From contig CAYFWW010000026.1 in assembly GCA_964346985.1 (NCBI GenBank), positions 690-64,689 on the forward strand: a stretch of 64,000 bases of DNA. The letters are read 5' to 3'. The position numbers and the translations under genes are program-made. Positions 46,756-55,235 of the stretch are shown piece after piece. Each line of letters begins with the position of its first letter. The stretch's first letter is position 1. A model generated the notes under the pieces. It was not told where the DNA came from, ran no database searches, and saw nothing but the letters and a program-made list of their open reading frames with translations. This DNA is from an uncultured Actinomycetota bacterium (GTDB lineage: Bacteria; Actinomycetota; Aquicultoria; CAYFWW01).

Positions 46756-47835
46756 ATGGAAAATTATTTATTTTTTACAATTTTAGCAGTTACTATATTG
46801 ATATTTTGTGCTGTGTTATATCGGCACTTTTTAAATAATTTTTCAAATAAATCTGCCTGGCTCTTCTTACTTTTTATTATTCCAATATTTATTATTGTTA
46901 CATTTTCAATTATTAAAGGTTATTCAATCATTGCTAGCCTTAGCACTAGTTTTTCGATAATGATTAGTCAGTCTTGTCGCGATTTAATTGCTTACTGTTC
47001 AAAAAATTTACTGATGTTCAGTGATCCTATTGATGGAATGAGTAAAATTAGTTTGATTATGATTATTTTTTCATTTATTGCTGCTCTAGGAATGAATCTC
47101 GGAAGATATTTCTCAACCCTAAGGTTCATCCGTCTTATTTCAGCCAGAAAAGTTGAACCTGATGCCAAAACTACTAGGCTATTCAACGATTTAATAGCAA
47201 AACTTGATATCAAAAATGTTAGCTTAAGCATGATTAACAGTTCGAATCCGCTAGCTTTTAATGTCGGTGTGTTTAAACCGATTGTTTATTTAAGTAGAAA
47301 TCTTATGGAAATCTTAGAGATAGACGAACTTAAATCTGTTATCTTGCATGAGCTTGTTCATATAAAAAGAAGGGATAATATCAAACAGTGGATTGGTATG
47401 TTTTTAAAGGAATCTACCTGGTTTCTCCCGACTTCAAATTTTTGTTGGAAACATTTTATAAAAGAAAGAGAAGAATCCGCTGATAAAAAAGTGGTTGATA
47501 TAACTGGCCAACCATTGGATATGGCTTCAGCCTTACTGAAATACATTAAGAGTTTTCAGAAAAAACCTATATGGGTAGCAGGTCTTGCCAACCATTATGG
47601 AGTTAAGGACAGAATCGATAAACTAGCAGGTAAAAAAGATTATAATGATAAAACAATAGGCTTAAAATCTTTGGTTATAATGGTCGGTTTAACGCTTGTG
47701 ATTTTAAGCACCTTGATCCTTCCACCTGCCAAATCAGCTTTGGCAGATAAACAATCAATCCAATTACCTGCTTGCTGTTTACAACATAATCATATATCTT
47801 GCTCTACTTCAAATTGTGGATTCTTTTCAAATTAG
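46756..47835 (+). CDS. BlaR1-like M56 membrane metalloprotease without penicillin-binding sensor domain
   Basis: HELVHIKRRD (HExxH). Multiple TM helices. Short Cys/His-rich C-terminal tail PACCLQHNHISCSTSNC. Confidence 0.8.
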   Translation: MENYLFFTILAVTILIFCAVLYRHFLNNFSNKSAWLFLLFIIPIFIIVTFSIIKGYSIIASLSTSFSIMISQSCRDLIAYCSKNLLMFSDPIDGMSKISLIMIIFSFIAALGMNLGRYFSTLRFIRLISARKVEPDAKTTRLFNDLIAKLDIKNVSLSMINSSNPLAFNVGVFKPIVYLSRNLMEILEIDELKSVILHELVHIKRRDNIKQWIGMFLKESTWFLPTSNFCWKHFIKEREESADKKVVDITGQPLDMASALLKYIKSFQKKPIWVAGLANHYGVKDRIDKLAGKKDYNDKTIGLKSLVIMVGLTLVILSTLILPPAKSALADKQSIQLPACCLQHNHISCSTSNCGFFSN

Positions 47836-47884
47836 TTTATAAATTTCTTAAAAATAGATCTGTTGGGATAGGAGAATAATAAAT

Positions 47885-48499
47885 ATGTCGAACCCTAAAA
47901 AAAGGAAGAAAAAATACAGCGGTAAAAGGCATAGCATAGAACAAAAACGCAGAAGGATTGCTGAGCAAAAAAGAGCAAAAAAAAATACGACCTTAATGAT
48001 AGTTGCTATTGGAATGATAATAGTTGCTGCTATTGCTTTTGGTATAAATTATTCTCAGAGCAAGAAGAATCAGGTTGGTGGAACGGAAGTTGGACCTACT
48101 CAAAATTATTCTCAAGCTGAAAAGGTCGAAATGACCGATATCGATTCGGTTGTTGAAAATGGGAAAATAACAACTTCTCTAAAGGCTATTAAAGATAATA
48201 CAATAGTGGGTTTTCAATACAAGGGAGAGCAGGAATTTCCTCTATTAGCTTATATATCTCCTTCTGGCAAGCTGGTTACAGCTGTTAGTATGTGTGAACC
48301 ATGTAAATCTACACGTTTCCATATCGAAGGAGATCAATTGGTCTGTAATGCCTGTGGCACCCGATGGATTTTAAATACATTAAAAGGTATTTCCGGTGGG
48401 TGTGTAGATTATCCTCCTGATGAAGTCAGTAATGATGTTCAAGGGGATAAAGTCTTAATCGATGAAAAAATTATTAAAGAGTGGAAACCTCGAGCCTAA
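47885..48499 (+). CDS. DUF2318-like membrane-anchored Cys-rich (putative Fe-S/metal-binding) protein
   Basis: Basic N-terminus, one TM helix, MCEPCKSTRFHIEGDQLVCNACGTRW ... GGCVDYPP. Confidence 0.6.
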   Translation: MSNPKKRKKKYSGKRHSIEQKRRRIAEQKRAKKNTTLMIVAIGMIIVAAIAFGINYSQSKKNQVGGTEVGPTQNYSQAEKVEMTDIDSVVENGKITTSLKAIKDNTIVGFQYKGEQEFPLLAYISPSGKLVTAVSMCEPCKSTRFHIEGDQLVCNACGTRWILNTLKGISGGCVDYPPDEVSNDVQGDKVLIDEKIIKEWKPRA

Positions 48500-48524
48500 T
48501 CAAGATAAGTACTATTAAATATTT

Positions 48525-49685
48525 ATGAGACCAATTGATATATCCATCAATAATTTAAAAAGGCGCAAATCAAGAGTCATCTTCCTTCTACTTGGCTTAT
48601 TAATTGGTGTTGGAACAATTGTGGCTTTGACATTGATTAGCCAGACTATGAGGATGGATATTGATAGAAAAATTGATGAATTTGGGGCGAATATATTGAT
48701 TGTCCCAAAATCAGATCAGCTGGCTTTAGCTTACGGTGGCATTACAGTTTCTGGAATTTCATTTGATGTCAAAGAGCTTACGACTGATGATGTTTCAAAG
48801 ATTAAGACCATAAAAAATTACGACAATATCAGCACAGTTTCTCCTAAATTATTGGGAGCAGTTAAGATCAAGAACAAACAAGTTCTTTTAGTCGGTGTAA
48901 ACTTTGATGATGAGCTGAGGATAAAAAAATGGTGGGAAATCGAGGGCACTTCTCCAGAGAAAAAGAACAATCTATTAATCGGTAGTGATGTTGCTCAGAA
49001 ATTAAAATTGATGAAAGGTTCTAAGGCAGAGATTAACAAGGATACTTATGAAGTTTCTGGCATTTTAAAAGAGACGGGCGGCCAAGAAGATTCACTGATT
49101 TATATCGATCTTATAGAAGCCCAAAAAATTATGAGCAAAGCTGGAAAAATAAGCTTGATAGAGATAAGTGCTCTCTGCCAGACCTGCCCGATTGAGGAGA
49201 TAGTGCGCCAGTTGTCGGAAAAGATGCCTCAAGCTAAAGTCTCTGCCTTAAAGCAGACTGTTGCTTCAAAAGAAGAAACATTAAATCAATTTACTACTTT
49301 TTCTACAATCATCTCTTTGGTAGTTGCTTTGATAGGATCGATTATTGTTTTCACTACTACCATGTCTTCAGTTAATGAAAGGACTAGAGAGATAGGTATT
49401 TTTAGAGCTATCGGTTACCGCCGCACTCATGTTGCCAGGATTATCCTAACCGAGATTATTATCGTAAGTATTTCTGGAGGTATTGGTGGTTATCTTTTAG
49501 GTGCTTTAGGTTCAGTTATTACTACAACTTACATGTCAGAACTATCCATTAATGCAGCTTTTTGGAATCCGGTCATGGCTATATTGGCCATATTGATAGC
49601 TTTACTTATTGGTATAGCTGGTGGGATTTATCCGGCTGTTAAAGCTTCGAACAAAGATCCGGCAACAGCTTTGAGGACTCTTTAA
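48525..49685 (+). CDS. ABC transporter permease, FtsX family
   Basis: N-terminal TM helix, large loop, ERTREIGIFRAIGYRR, 3 C-terminal TM helices. Confidence 0.8.
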   Translation: MRPIDISINNLKRRKSRVIFLLLGLLIGVGTIVALTLISQTMRMDIDRKIDEFGANILIVPKSDQLALAYGGITVSGISFDVKELTTDDVSKIKTIKNYDNISTVSPKLLGAVKIKNKQVLLVGVNFDDELRIKKWWEIEGTSPEKKNNLLIGSDVAQKLKLMKGSKAEINKDTYEVSGILKETGGQEDSLIYIDLIEAQKIMSKAGKISLIEISALCQTCPIEEIVRQLSEKMPQAKVSALKQTVASKEETLNQFTTFSTIISLVVALIGSIIVFTTTMSSVNERTREIGIFRAIGYRRTHVARIILTEIIIVSISGGIGGYLLGALGSVITTTYMSELSINAAFWNPVMAILAILIALLIGIAGGIYPAVKASNKDPATALRTL

Positions 49686-49700
49686 GAACGGTGATATTTT

Positions 49701-50408
49701 ATGAGCCTTATAAGAATTAAAGATTTAAGCAAAAAATACAATCATACACAATTAGTTAAAGCCTTAGATGGTATAAGTTTTGAGATTGAAGAAGCAGAAA
49801 TAGTTTCAATTATTGGTCCTTCGGGCGCCGGCAAAAGCACTCTGCTTTCAGTGGTAGGCGGTTTAAATCCACCCTCGAGTGGGAAAGTTGTAGTCGATGA
49901 CTTTGATATTTATAATTTATCTATAGAAAAATTAGCTGACTTCCGCCGTGAATATTATGGTTTTGTCTTTCAAGAGTTTCAACTTGTTCCATATCTTACG
50001 GCTATAGAGAATACAATGCTTCCGTTAGTTTTCACAGATTTTAATCAGTCTGAACAGACGGAAATGGCTAAGGCAGTTCTCGATCAGGTTGGACTGGCTT
50101 CCAAATATGACCGGTTGCCTACCCAGTTATCTGGCGGAGAGCAAGAAAGAGTAGCTATCGCCAGGGCTCTTGTAAATGAACCCCCAATTGTATTTGCTGA
50201 CGAACCAACTGGAAGTCTTGACAGCAGGACCGGCCAGGAAATAATGAACTTGTTTCAGAATTTAAACTATGATTTAGGCCTAACTGTTTTAGTAGTTACT
50301 CACAATCCAGAGAATATTAAATATACTGAGAGGGTTATAAGCTTAAAAGACGGTAAAATTGAAGACAATAACCATAAAAAAGTAAACAAGACAACCGTCA
50401 CTGAATAA
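49701..50408 (+). CDS. ABC transporter ATP-binding protein
   Basis: GPSGAGKST, LSGGEQER, IVFADEPTG. Confidence 0.9.
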   Translation: MSLIRIKDLSKKYNHTQLVKALDGISFEIEEAEIVSIIGPSGAGKSTLLSVVGGLNPPSSGKVVVDDFDIYNLSIEKLADFRREYYGFVFQEFQLVPYLTAIENTMLPLVFTDFNQSEQTEMAKAVLDQVGLASKYDRLPTQLSGGEQERVAIARALVNEPPIVFADEPTGSLDSRTGQEIMNLFQNLNYDLGLTVLVVTHNPENIKYTERVISLKDGKIEDNNHKKVNKTTVTE

Positions 50409-50490
50409 AAACTTTTCCCTTCGTCTAACTTTCTGTTTATAATCTGTATATCTTAAAGTAAATATGCTTTAGGAAAAGGGAAGTTTAAAT

Positions 50491-51189
50491 ATGCTGAATA
50501 AAATTATTAACTTTATCGGGTATGGAGTATGTCATCAATTACCGGAGAGATCATTTCATTATGGTGGTGTTCAACTACCAATTTGCGCCCGCGATACAGG
50601 AATCTATTTCGGGTTTTTACTATCATTCATATATTTAAGCTTGACTCATAAAAAAAGGGAGAATTCAATGGCCAGGCCTTGGATCCTGATTTTAGCTGGT
50701 CTAGGAATTGGAGTAATGGCTTTTGATGGATTGAGTTCATATCTTGGATTTAGGGAGACTAATAATTCTATCCGCCTTATTACCGGATTGTTGACTGGTT
50801 TTGCCTTGCCGGTTTTTCTAGTACCGATATTTAATTATCAAATATGGAAGAAATCATCTAATAAGCGAATTCTTGAAAATACAAAAACCCGTATTGGATT
50901 AGTCTTTTTAATTATTGGTGCCTATTTCTTTTTTATAATTAATATCCCGGCTTACCGATATTTTTTACCCTACCTGGCTGCCTTAGTAGTTTTTCTTACT
51001 TTCGCCTTGATTAATATTTTTATATTGACTATTATCCCATTCTGGTTTCAAGCAGCCTCTAAATGGAAAGATTTAACCCTACCTATTATTCTCTCACTTA
51101 TCTTGGCCGGGCTAGAAATATTTTTTGCTGCAGCTTTTCATAGCAGAATGCAGTCTATTGCCTTATGGATTATTAATTTAATATATTAG
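50491..51189 (+). CDS. DUF2085 membrane protein
   Basis: GVCHQLPERSFHYGG...ICARDTGIYFGF N-terminal signature. Polytopic. Confidence 0.7.
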   Translation: MLNKIINFIGYGVCHQLPERSFHYGGVQLPICARDTGIYFGFLLSFIYLSLTHKKRENSMARPWILILAGLGIGVMAFDGLSSYLGFRETNNSIRLITGLLTGFALPVFLVPIFNYQIWKKSSNKRILENTKTRIGLVFLIIGAYFFFIINIPAYRYFLPYLAALVVFLTFALINIFILTIIPFWFQAASKWKDLTLPIILSLILAGLEIFFAAAFHSRMQSIALWIINLIY

Positions 51190-51246
51190 TTTTATTTTTT
51201 AAAAAGACATTAAATAATTATACTTTAGGTATTGGAAGTTAAGATT

Positions 51247-51966
51247 ATGGGAAATGACGTATCTATTTTTATAGCTTTTGGCGGAGGATTGATATCATTT
51301 TTTTCAGCATGTGTCTTACCACTTATCCCGGCTTATATCTCTTTTATAACCGGCCTTTCTCTAGAAGAAATAACTTCTGATGAGCATAAGATAGCAAAGA
51401 CTGGCAAAATTATTATAAGTGTTCTTCTTTTTATACTTGGCTTCTCCCTTATCTTTACTATTTTGGGTGCTTCGGCCAGCATTGCCGGAAAGTTAATATT
51501 CAGTTATCGTTACATTTTAGTAAAGGTTGCCGGTCTAATAATCATAATCTTTGGGCTCCACCTGACTGGCTTATTTAGAATAAGTTTCCTGAATTTTGAA
51601 AAGAGGATTGATTTTTCAAAAGGAAGAAAGATATCTTATATTACCTCCTTCTTGGTCGGGTTGGGATTTGCAATCGGCTGGACACCTTGCGTAGGCCCAA
51701 TATTAGCTTCTGTTTTACTTCTGGCAAGCACAACCGAGTCAGTTTCACAGGGAATGTTCTTGTTGTTTATCTACTCTATGGGCCTGGGGCTCCCTTTTCT
51801 TGTTGTCGGTTTGATGGTAAATAAATTCTTGGCTTATTTTAAAAAGATTAAGAAATATCTTGGAGCAATTGAGTTAATCAGCGGTCTTTTCTTAATAATT
51901 ATTGGATTATTGATTTTCTTTGATAAATTAAACTTGATAAGCAATTATTTAACCAGGATTCTTTAG
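51247..51966 (+). CDS. ccdA: cytochrome c biogenesis/thiol-disulfide transporter CcdA (DsbD-family TM domain)
   Basis: FSACVLPLIPAY and WTPCVGPILASV, the two conserved Cys-Pro helices. Track start TTG 51232 is an alternative. Confidence 0.85.
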   Translation: MGNDVSIFIAFGGGLISFFSACVLPLIPAYISFITGLSLEEITSDEHKIAKTGKIIISVLLFILGFSLIFTILGASASIAGKLIFSYRYILVKVAGLIIIIFGLHLTGLFRISFLNFEKRIDFSKGRKISYITSFLVGLGFAIGWTPCVGPILASVLLLASTTESVSQGMFLLFIYSMGLGLPFLVVGLMVNKFLAYFKKIKKYLGAIELISGLFLIIIGLLIFFDKLNLISNYLTRIL

Positions 51967-51967
51967 A

Positions 51968-52822
51968 TTGGAAATCACTGTATATACCAGGAAAAACTGC
52001 AAACTTTGTCAGGAAGCAATTAGCAAGATAAAAAACTTAAACATTCAATTTGATTTTGACTTAATATTAATTGATATTGATAATTTGGGAAATGCCAAAG
52101 GGGAATACCTTGACAAGATTCCCCTGATCTATATAAATGGACAAGAAGTATTTCGCTACCATTTGGATGATAGAAAGTTGTTGCAGATTCTAATGAATAA
52201 ACCCTTAAATCCTAGAACAAGAATTATTGAAAAGCGCTACTCTCGTTTTGCGCCTTTTTATGACCTATCCGAGTTTATTGTTGAAGAAATTTACTTTAAA
52301 AAATGGCGGGAGAAAATACTTGGCAATCTTAAGGGCGTAAAGATATTAGAAGTAGGAGCCGGGACTGGCAAAAATTTTCCCTACTATCCAGCGGATAAAG
52401 AAGTGACAGCGATCGATATCAGCCTGCCTATGCTGAGAAGAGCTGAAAATAGAATTAGAAGCTCTAAAGCTGTGATAAATTTGGCTATTATGGATGCAGA
52501 GAATCTTGCCTTACCCGATAATTCTTTTGATGCTATTATCACTACCTATGTCTTCTGTTCTGTTCCTGATCCCGTAAGAGGCTTAAAAGAACTTAAACGG
52601 GTTTGTCGGCCAGATGGAAAGATTTACCTTCTGGAGCATGTATTAAGCACCAAGCTATTTATGAAGACCTTTATGAACTGGCTTAATCCTCTTACAGTAA
52701 GCCTGTTTGGATATAATATTAACCGCCGGACGGTTGATAACATTAAAAAAGCTGGCCTTACCATAATTGAAGAAAAAAATCTTAGGTCGGACATATTTAA
52801 GTTTATTATTGCTAAACCATAA
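51968..52822 (+). CDS. glutaredoxin-like (DUF836-type CxxC) domain fused to class I SAM-dependent methyltransferase
   Basis: N-terminus ITVYTRKNCKLCQEA ... IPLIYINGQE. C-terminus ILEVGAGTGKN, DISLPML, FDAIITTYVFCSV, PDGKIYLLEH. Confidence 0.75.
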   Translation: MEITVYTRKNCKLCQEAISKIKNLNIQFDFDLILIDIDNLGNAKGEYLDKIPLIYINGQEVFRYHLDDRKLLQILMNKPLNPRTRIIEKRYSRFAPFYDLSEFIVEEIYFKKWREKILGNLKGVKILEVGAGTGKNFPYYPADKEVTAIDISLPMLRRAENRIRSSKAVINLAIMDAENLALPDNSFDAIITTYVFCSVPDPVRGLKELKRVCRPDGKIYLLEHVLSTKLFMKTFMNWLNPLTVSLFGYNINRRTVDNIKKAGLTIIEEKNLRSDIFKFIIAKP

Positions 52823-52996
52823 TCGTATATCGTGAATCATAATTTTATTGTGATTAGTGAATGGTGATTAGTAAGTTATTAAATCCCCCGGACAGCTATG
52901 TCAATCAATTCTTGGTTTGATATGAATTAATATATGATGTCCTTTTTCTCAGTTGAAAGTTCATGAGTAAATAGTGGAATAATATGTAAAGATTAC

Positions 52997-53013
52997 TACT
53001 ATTGACTGTAGTA
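52997..53013 (+). promoter_or_regulatory. TACTAY-N5-GTAGTA operator, copy 3 (TACTAT TGACT GTAGTA)
   Basis: Overlaps the -35 hexamer of the promoter at 53002-53030. Confidence 0.5.
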
Positions 53014-53030
53014 TTTAATGATGGCATAAT
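53002..53030 (+). promoter_or_regulatory. sigma70-type promoter (TTGACT-17 nt-CATAAT)
   Basis: TTGACT 53002-53007, 17-nt spacer, CATAAT 53025-53030. Confidence 0.55.
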
Positions 53031-53042
53031 ATAAAGATAAAA

Positions 53043-53059
53043 ATACCATATAGGGGTAT
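53043..53059 (+). promoter_or_regulatory. CsoR-type operator box (ATACCATATAGGGGTAT)
   Basis: 15/17 identical to the reverse complement of the box in the csoR promoter (54650-54666). Lies just downstream of the predicted TSS. Confidence 0.55.
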
Positions 53060-53060
53060 G

Positions 53061-53225
53061 ATGAAAATGTTAAAAAGAATCATAGAAAGATGGAAAAAGT
53101 TTCTAAAAAGAATTGAAGAAGTCAGCAAAGAGGAATATGGCGAGAAATCATTGAGCTGTTGCGATGTTAATAAAGATGTTGAATATCAAAGAAGAAATCT
53201 TAAGAAAAAAATTAAACAAGTTTAA
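53061..53225 (+). CDS. small basic hypothetical protein (54 aa, SCC motif); below ORF-track size cutoff
   Basis: ATG 53061 (or 53067) to TAA 53223-53225: MKMLKRIIERWKKFLKRIEEVSKEEYGEKSLSCCDVNKDVEYQRRNLKKKIKQV. It is the first ORF after the promoter. Confidence 0.3.
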   Translation: MKMLKRIIERWKKFLKRIEEVSKEEYGEKSLSCCDVNKDVEYQRRNLKKKIKQV

Positions 53226-53233
53226 TAAAAAAA

Positions 53234-53731
53234 ATGAAAAAAAGTTTGACCAAGGCTATCACAAAAGGAACATTAAAACGTAAGGATTTTCTATTATGGA
53301 TGATTGGAGTTTCATTATCATCTTCTGTAATTACAACTTTTTTAACTTTATATAAGAATATTATTCCACCAAAAAGGAGTTTAGAAGGCAAGCTCCAACT
53401 TTCATGGGAGGATGTTGGTCATAAAAATGATTTTAATGAAATTCCAAAGATGGTTTATTATGGGGAAGAACCTATATATGTATATATGCTGGAAGGAAAG
53501 ACTGTAGCCTTTTCAGGTATATGTCCTCATGTTCGTTGTATTGTTCCGTGGAACCCAACTGGCAAACCGAATCCCCGAAATGGTGAATATACATATGATT
53601 GCCCCTGTCATGCAAGTTCCTTTGATATATACGGCCGAAGACTATGGGGGCCGGCACCTCGCGGTTTATTTGAACAGAAATTAAAAATAGAAAAGGGCAG
53701 AGTCTTGCTTGGAGGCGGGACTCCAGGTTAG
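53234..53731 (+). CDS. Rieske [2Fe-2S] domain protein with N-terminal membrane anchor/Tat-like signal
   Basis: CPHVRC ... CPCHASSF Rieske motifs. N-terminus KRKDFLLWMIGVSL. Confidence 0.8.
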   Translation: MKKSLTKAITKGTLKRKDFLLWMIGVSLSSSVITTFLTLYKNIIPPKRSLEGKLQLSWEDVGHKNDFNEIPKMVYYGEEPIYVYMLEGKTVAFSGICPHVRCIVPWNPTGKPNPRNGEYTYDCPCHASSFDIYGRRLWGPAPRGLFEQKLKIEKGRVLLGGGTPG

Positions 53732-53779
53732 TATATATCTTTGTTATAATAAGGAAAGTTTTATAGTTAAGGTGATTTT

Positions 53780-54529
53780 TTGTATCCTGTTTTAATAGAA
53801 ATAGGGTCAATAACAATATATTCCTGGGGTTTTATGTTAGCCGTGGCAATAATAATGGCCTTTATTGTTGCCCGTAATGAAGCTTCTAGATATGGCATCC
53901 AAAAAGATAAAATGCTGGATTTATTTTTTTACCTTTTCTTTTTCGGATTGGCCGGTGCTCGCCTGGTATTTATAATATTCGAAGCTGGATATTATCTAAG
54001 GCATCCATTAAGTATATTTAATATCAGCGGTGGTGGTCTTGCTATTCACGGTGCTATCCTGGGTGGATTCTTTGGGGGATATATCTTTAGCAGAAGGCAT
54101 GATATTAGGCTTGCTTTATTAGCAGATATAATTGCCCCTGCTTTGATTTTAGGTCAAGCCATAGGTAGAATTGGATGTTTCTTAAACGGAGATAGTTTTG
54201 GTAAACTGACATCGGTTTCTTGGGCAGTAGTATTTGAAGGTGTGCCTGGGCTTAGGCATCCTACTCAACTATATGAGGCTTTTTTTAATCTGGGTTTATT
54301 TATCTTGATTATCTTAATAAGAGACAAGAAACCATTTACCGGCTCCCTCTTTATTATTTATTTAATCGGTTATTCAATAATAAGAATATTTGTTGAAATT
54401 TTTCGGGAAAGCCAGATCTTCTTTGGACCGGTGACTTATGCTCAGGCTGCTAGTGTAATTATTATTTTGGTTTCAGTCTATCTACTTTTTAACCAGAGAA
54501 AAAAAATAAATAGCAACCCTAATAATTAA
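53780..54529 (+). CDS. lgt: prolipoprotein diacylglyceryl transferase
   Basis: IGSITIYSWGFMLA, HGAILGG, GQAIGRIGCFLNGD, HPTQLYEA. Confidence 0.9.
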   Translation: MYPVLIEIGSITIYSWGFMLAVAIIMAFIVARNEASRYGIQKDKMLDLFFYLFFFGLAGARLVFIIFEAGYYLRHPLSIFNISGGGLAIHGAILGGFFGGYIFSRRHDIRLALLADIIAPALILGQAIGRIGCFLNGDSFGKLTSVSWAVVFEGVPGLRHPTQLYEAFFNLGLFILIILIRDKKPFTGSLFIIYLIGYSIIRIFVEIFRESQIFFGPVTYAQAASVIIILVSVYLLFNQRKKINSNPNN

Positions 54530-54622
54530 GAAGAGAATCTCTTTTTATTAAATTTCCATATCAATCAACTTACATATCCCAATTTTATGCTTAGAAAAAA
54601 AATTTTAATATAAATAGAAGCA

Positions 54623-54651
54623 TTGACAGATTAAGTATTATTTGTTAATAT
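54623..54651 (+). promoter_or_regulatory. sigma70-type promoter of csoR-copZ-copA (TTGACA-17 nt-TAATAT)
   Basis: TTGACA 54623-54628, 17-nt spacer, TAATAT 54646-54651. Confidence 0.65.
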
Positions 54652-54666
54652 ACCCCCGTATGGTAT
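54650..54666 (+). promoter_or_regulatory. CsoR-type operator box (ATACCCCCGTATGGTAT)
   Basis: ATACC-N7-GGTAT pseudo-palindrome with a C/G tract. Overlaps the -10/TSS of the csoR promoter. Confidence 0.65.
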
Positions 54667-54679
54667 ATAGGAGGTTAAA

Positions 54680-54946
54680 ATGTTGCCAAATGTAAAAGAA
54701 GAATCACGAAAAAGATTAAATAGAATCGAAGGCCAGATTAGGGGTATTAATAAAATGGTCGAAGAGGAAAAATACTGTATTGAAATCTTGACTCAAATTG
54801 CTGCGGCCAGGGCAGCTTTAGACAAAACCGGACTGGTGATATTAAAAGGCCACATGGAGACTTGTTTGACTGACGCAATCAAGAAAAAACAAGGCCAAGA
54901 ACTTATTAATGAAATTAATACGACCATCACTAGATTTTTAAGATAA
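54680..54946 (+). CDS. csoR: CsoR-family copper-sensing repressor
   Basis: RLNRIEGQIRGI, with the C-H-C ligand set (YCIEIL, KGHMETC). Confidence 0.9.
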   Translation: MLPNVKEESRKRLNRIEGQIRGINKMVEEEKYCIEILTQIAAARAALDKTGLVILKGHMETCLTDAIKKKQGQELINEINTTITRFLR

Positions 54947-54995
54947 TTATATATTTTTGAGTTTAGATAAATTAAAAATTTTAGGAGTGATTAAA

Positions 54996-55235
54996 ATGTC
55001 TAAGGTAGAAAAAGAATTTCCCATTATAGGTATGAGTTGTGGAGGTTGTGCAGCTAACATTGAAAGGAGTCTTCTAAAGGAGGATTATGTTGAAAAAGCC
55101 AGTGTTAGCATTTCCACAGAAAAAGCTATTGTTGAATATGAAGATTCAAAACACGGGGAGAAAGATATTGTAGCCCTTATTGAGAATCTTGGTTATAAGG
55201 TTCCAGGTAGTATTAGGAGTGAGAAGAATGCCTAA
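54996..55235 (+). CDS. copZ: copper chaperone CopZ (HMA domain)
   Basis: [22 protein letters not shown] before ATG 54996. The track start TTG 54957 is less likely. Confidence 0.85.
   Translation: MSKVEKEFPIIGMSCGGCAANIERSLLKEDYVEKASVSISTEKAIVEYEDSKHGEKDIVALIENLGYKVPGSIRSEKNA

Noticed and set aside
47240-47250. GTTCGAATCCG, a tRNA T-arm-like string
   Set aside because: It is embedded in the BlaR1-like CDS, and no acceptor or anticodon stems can be drawn around it.
52994-53013. Alternative reading of operator copy 3 as TACTAC-N8-GTAGTA
   Set aside because: The overlapping TACTAT-N5-GTAGTA register (52997-53013) matches the spacing of the other four copies, so the N8 reading is unnecessary.
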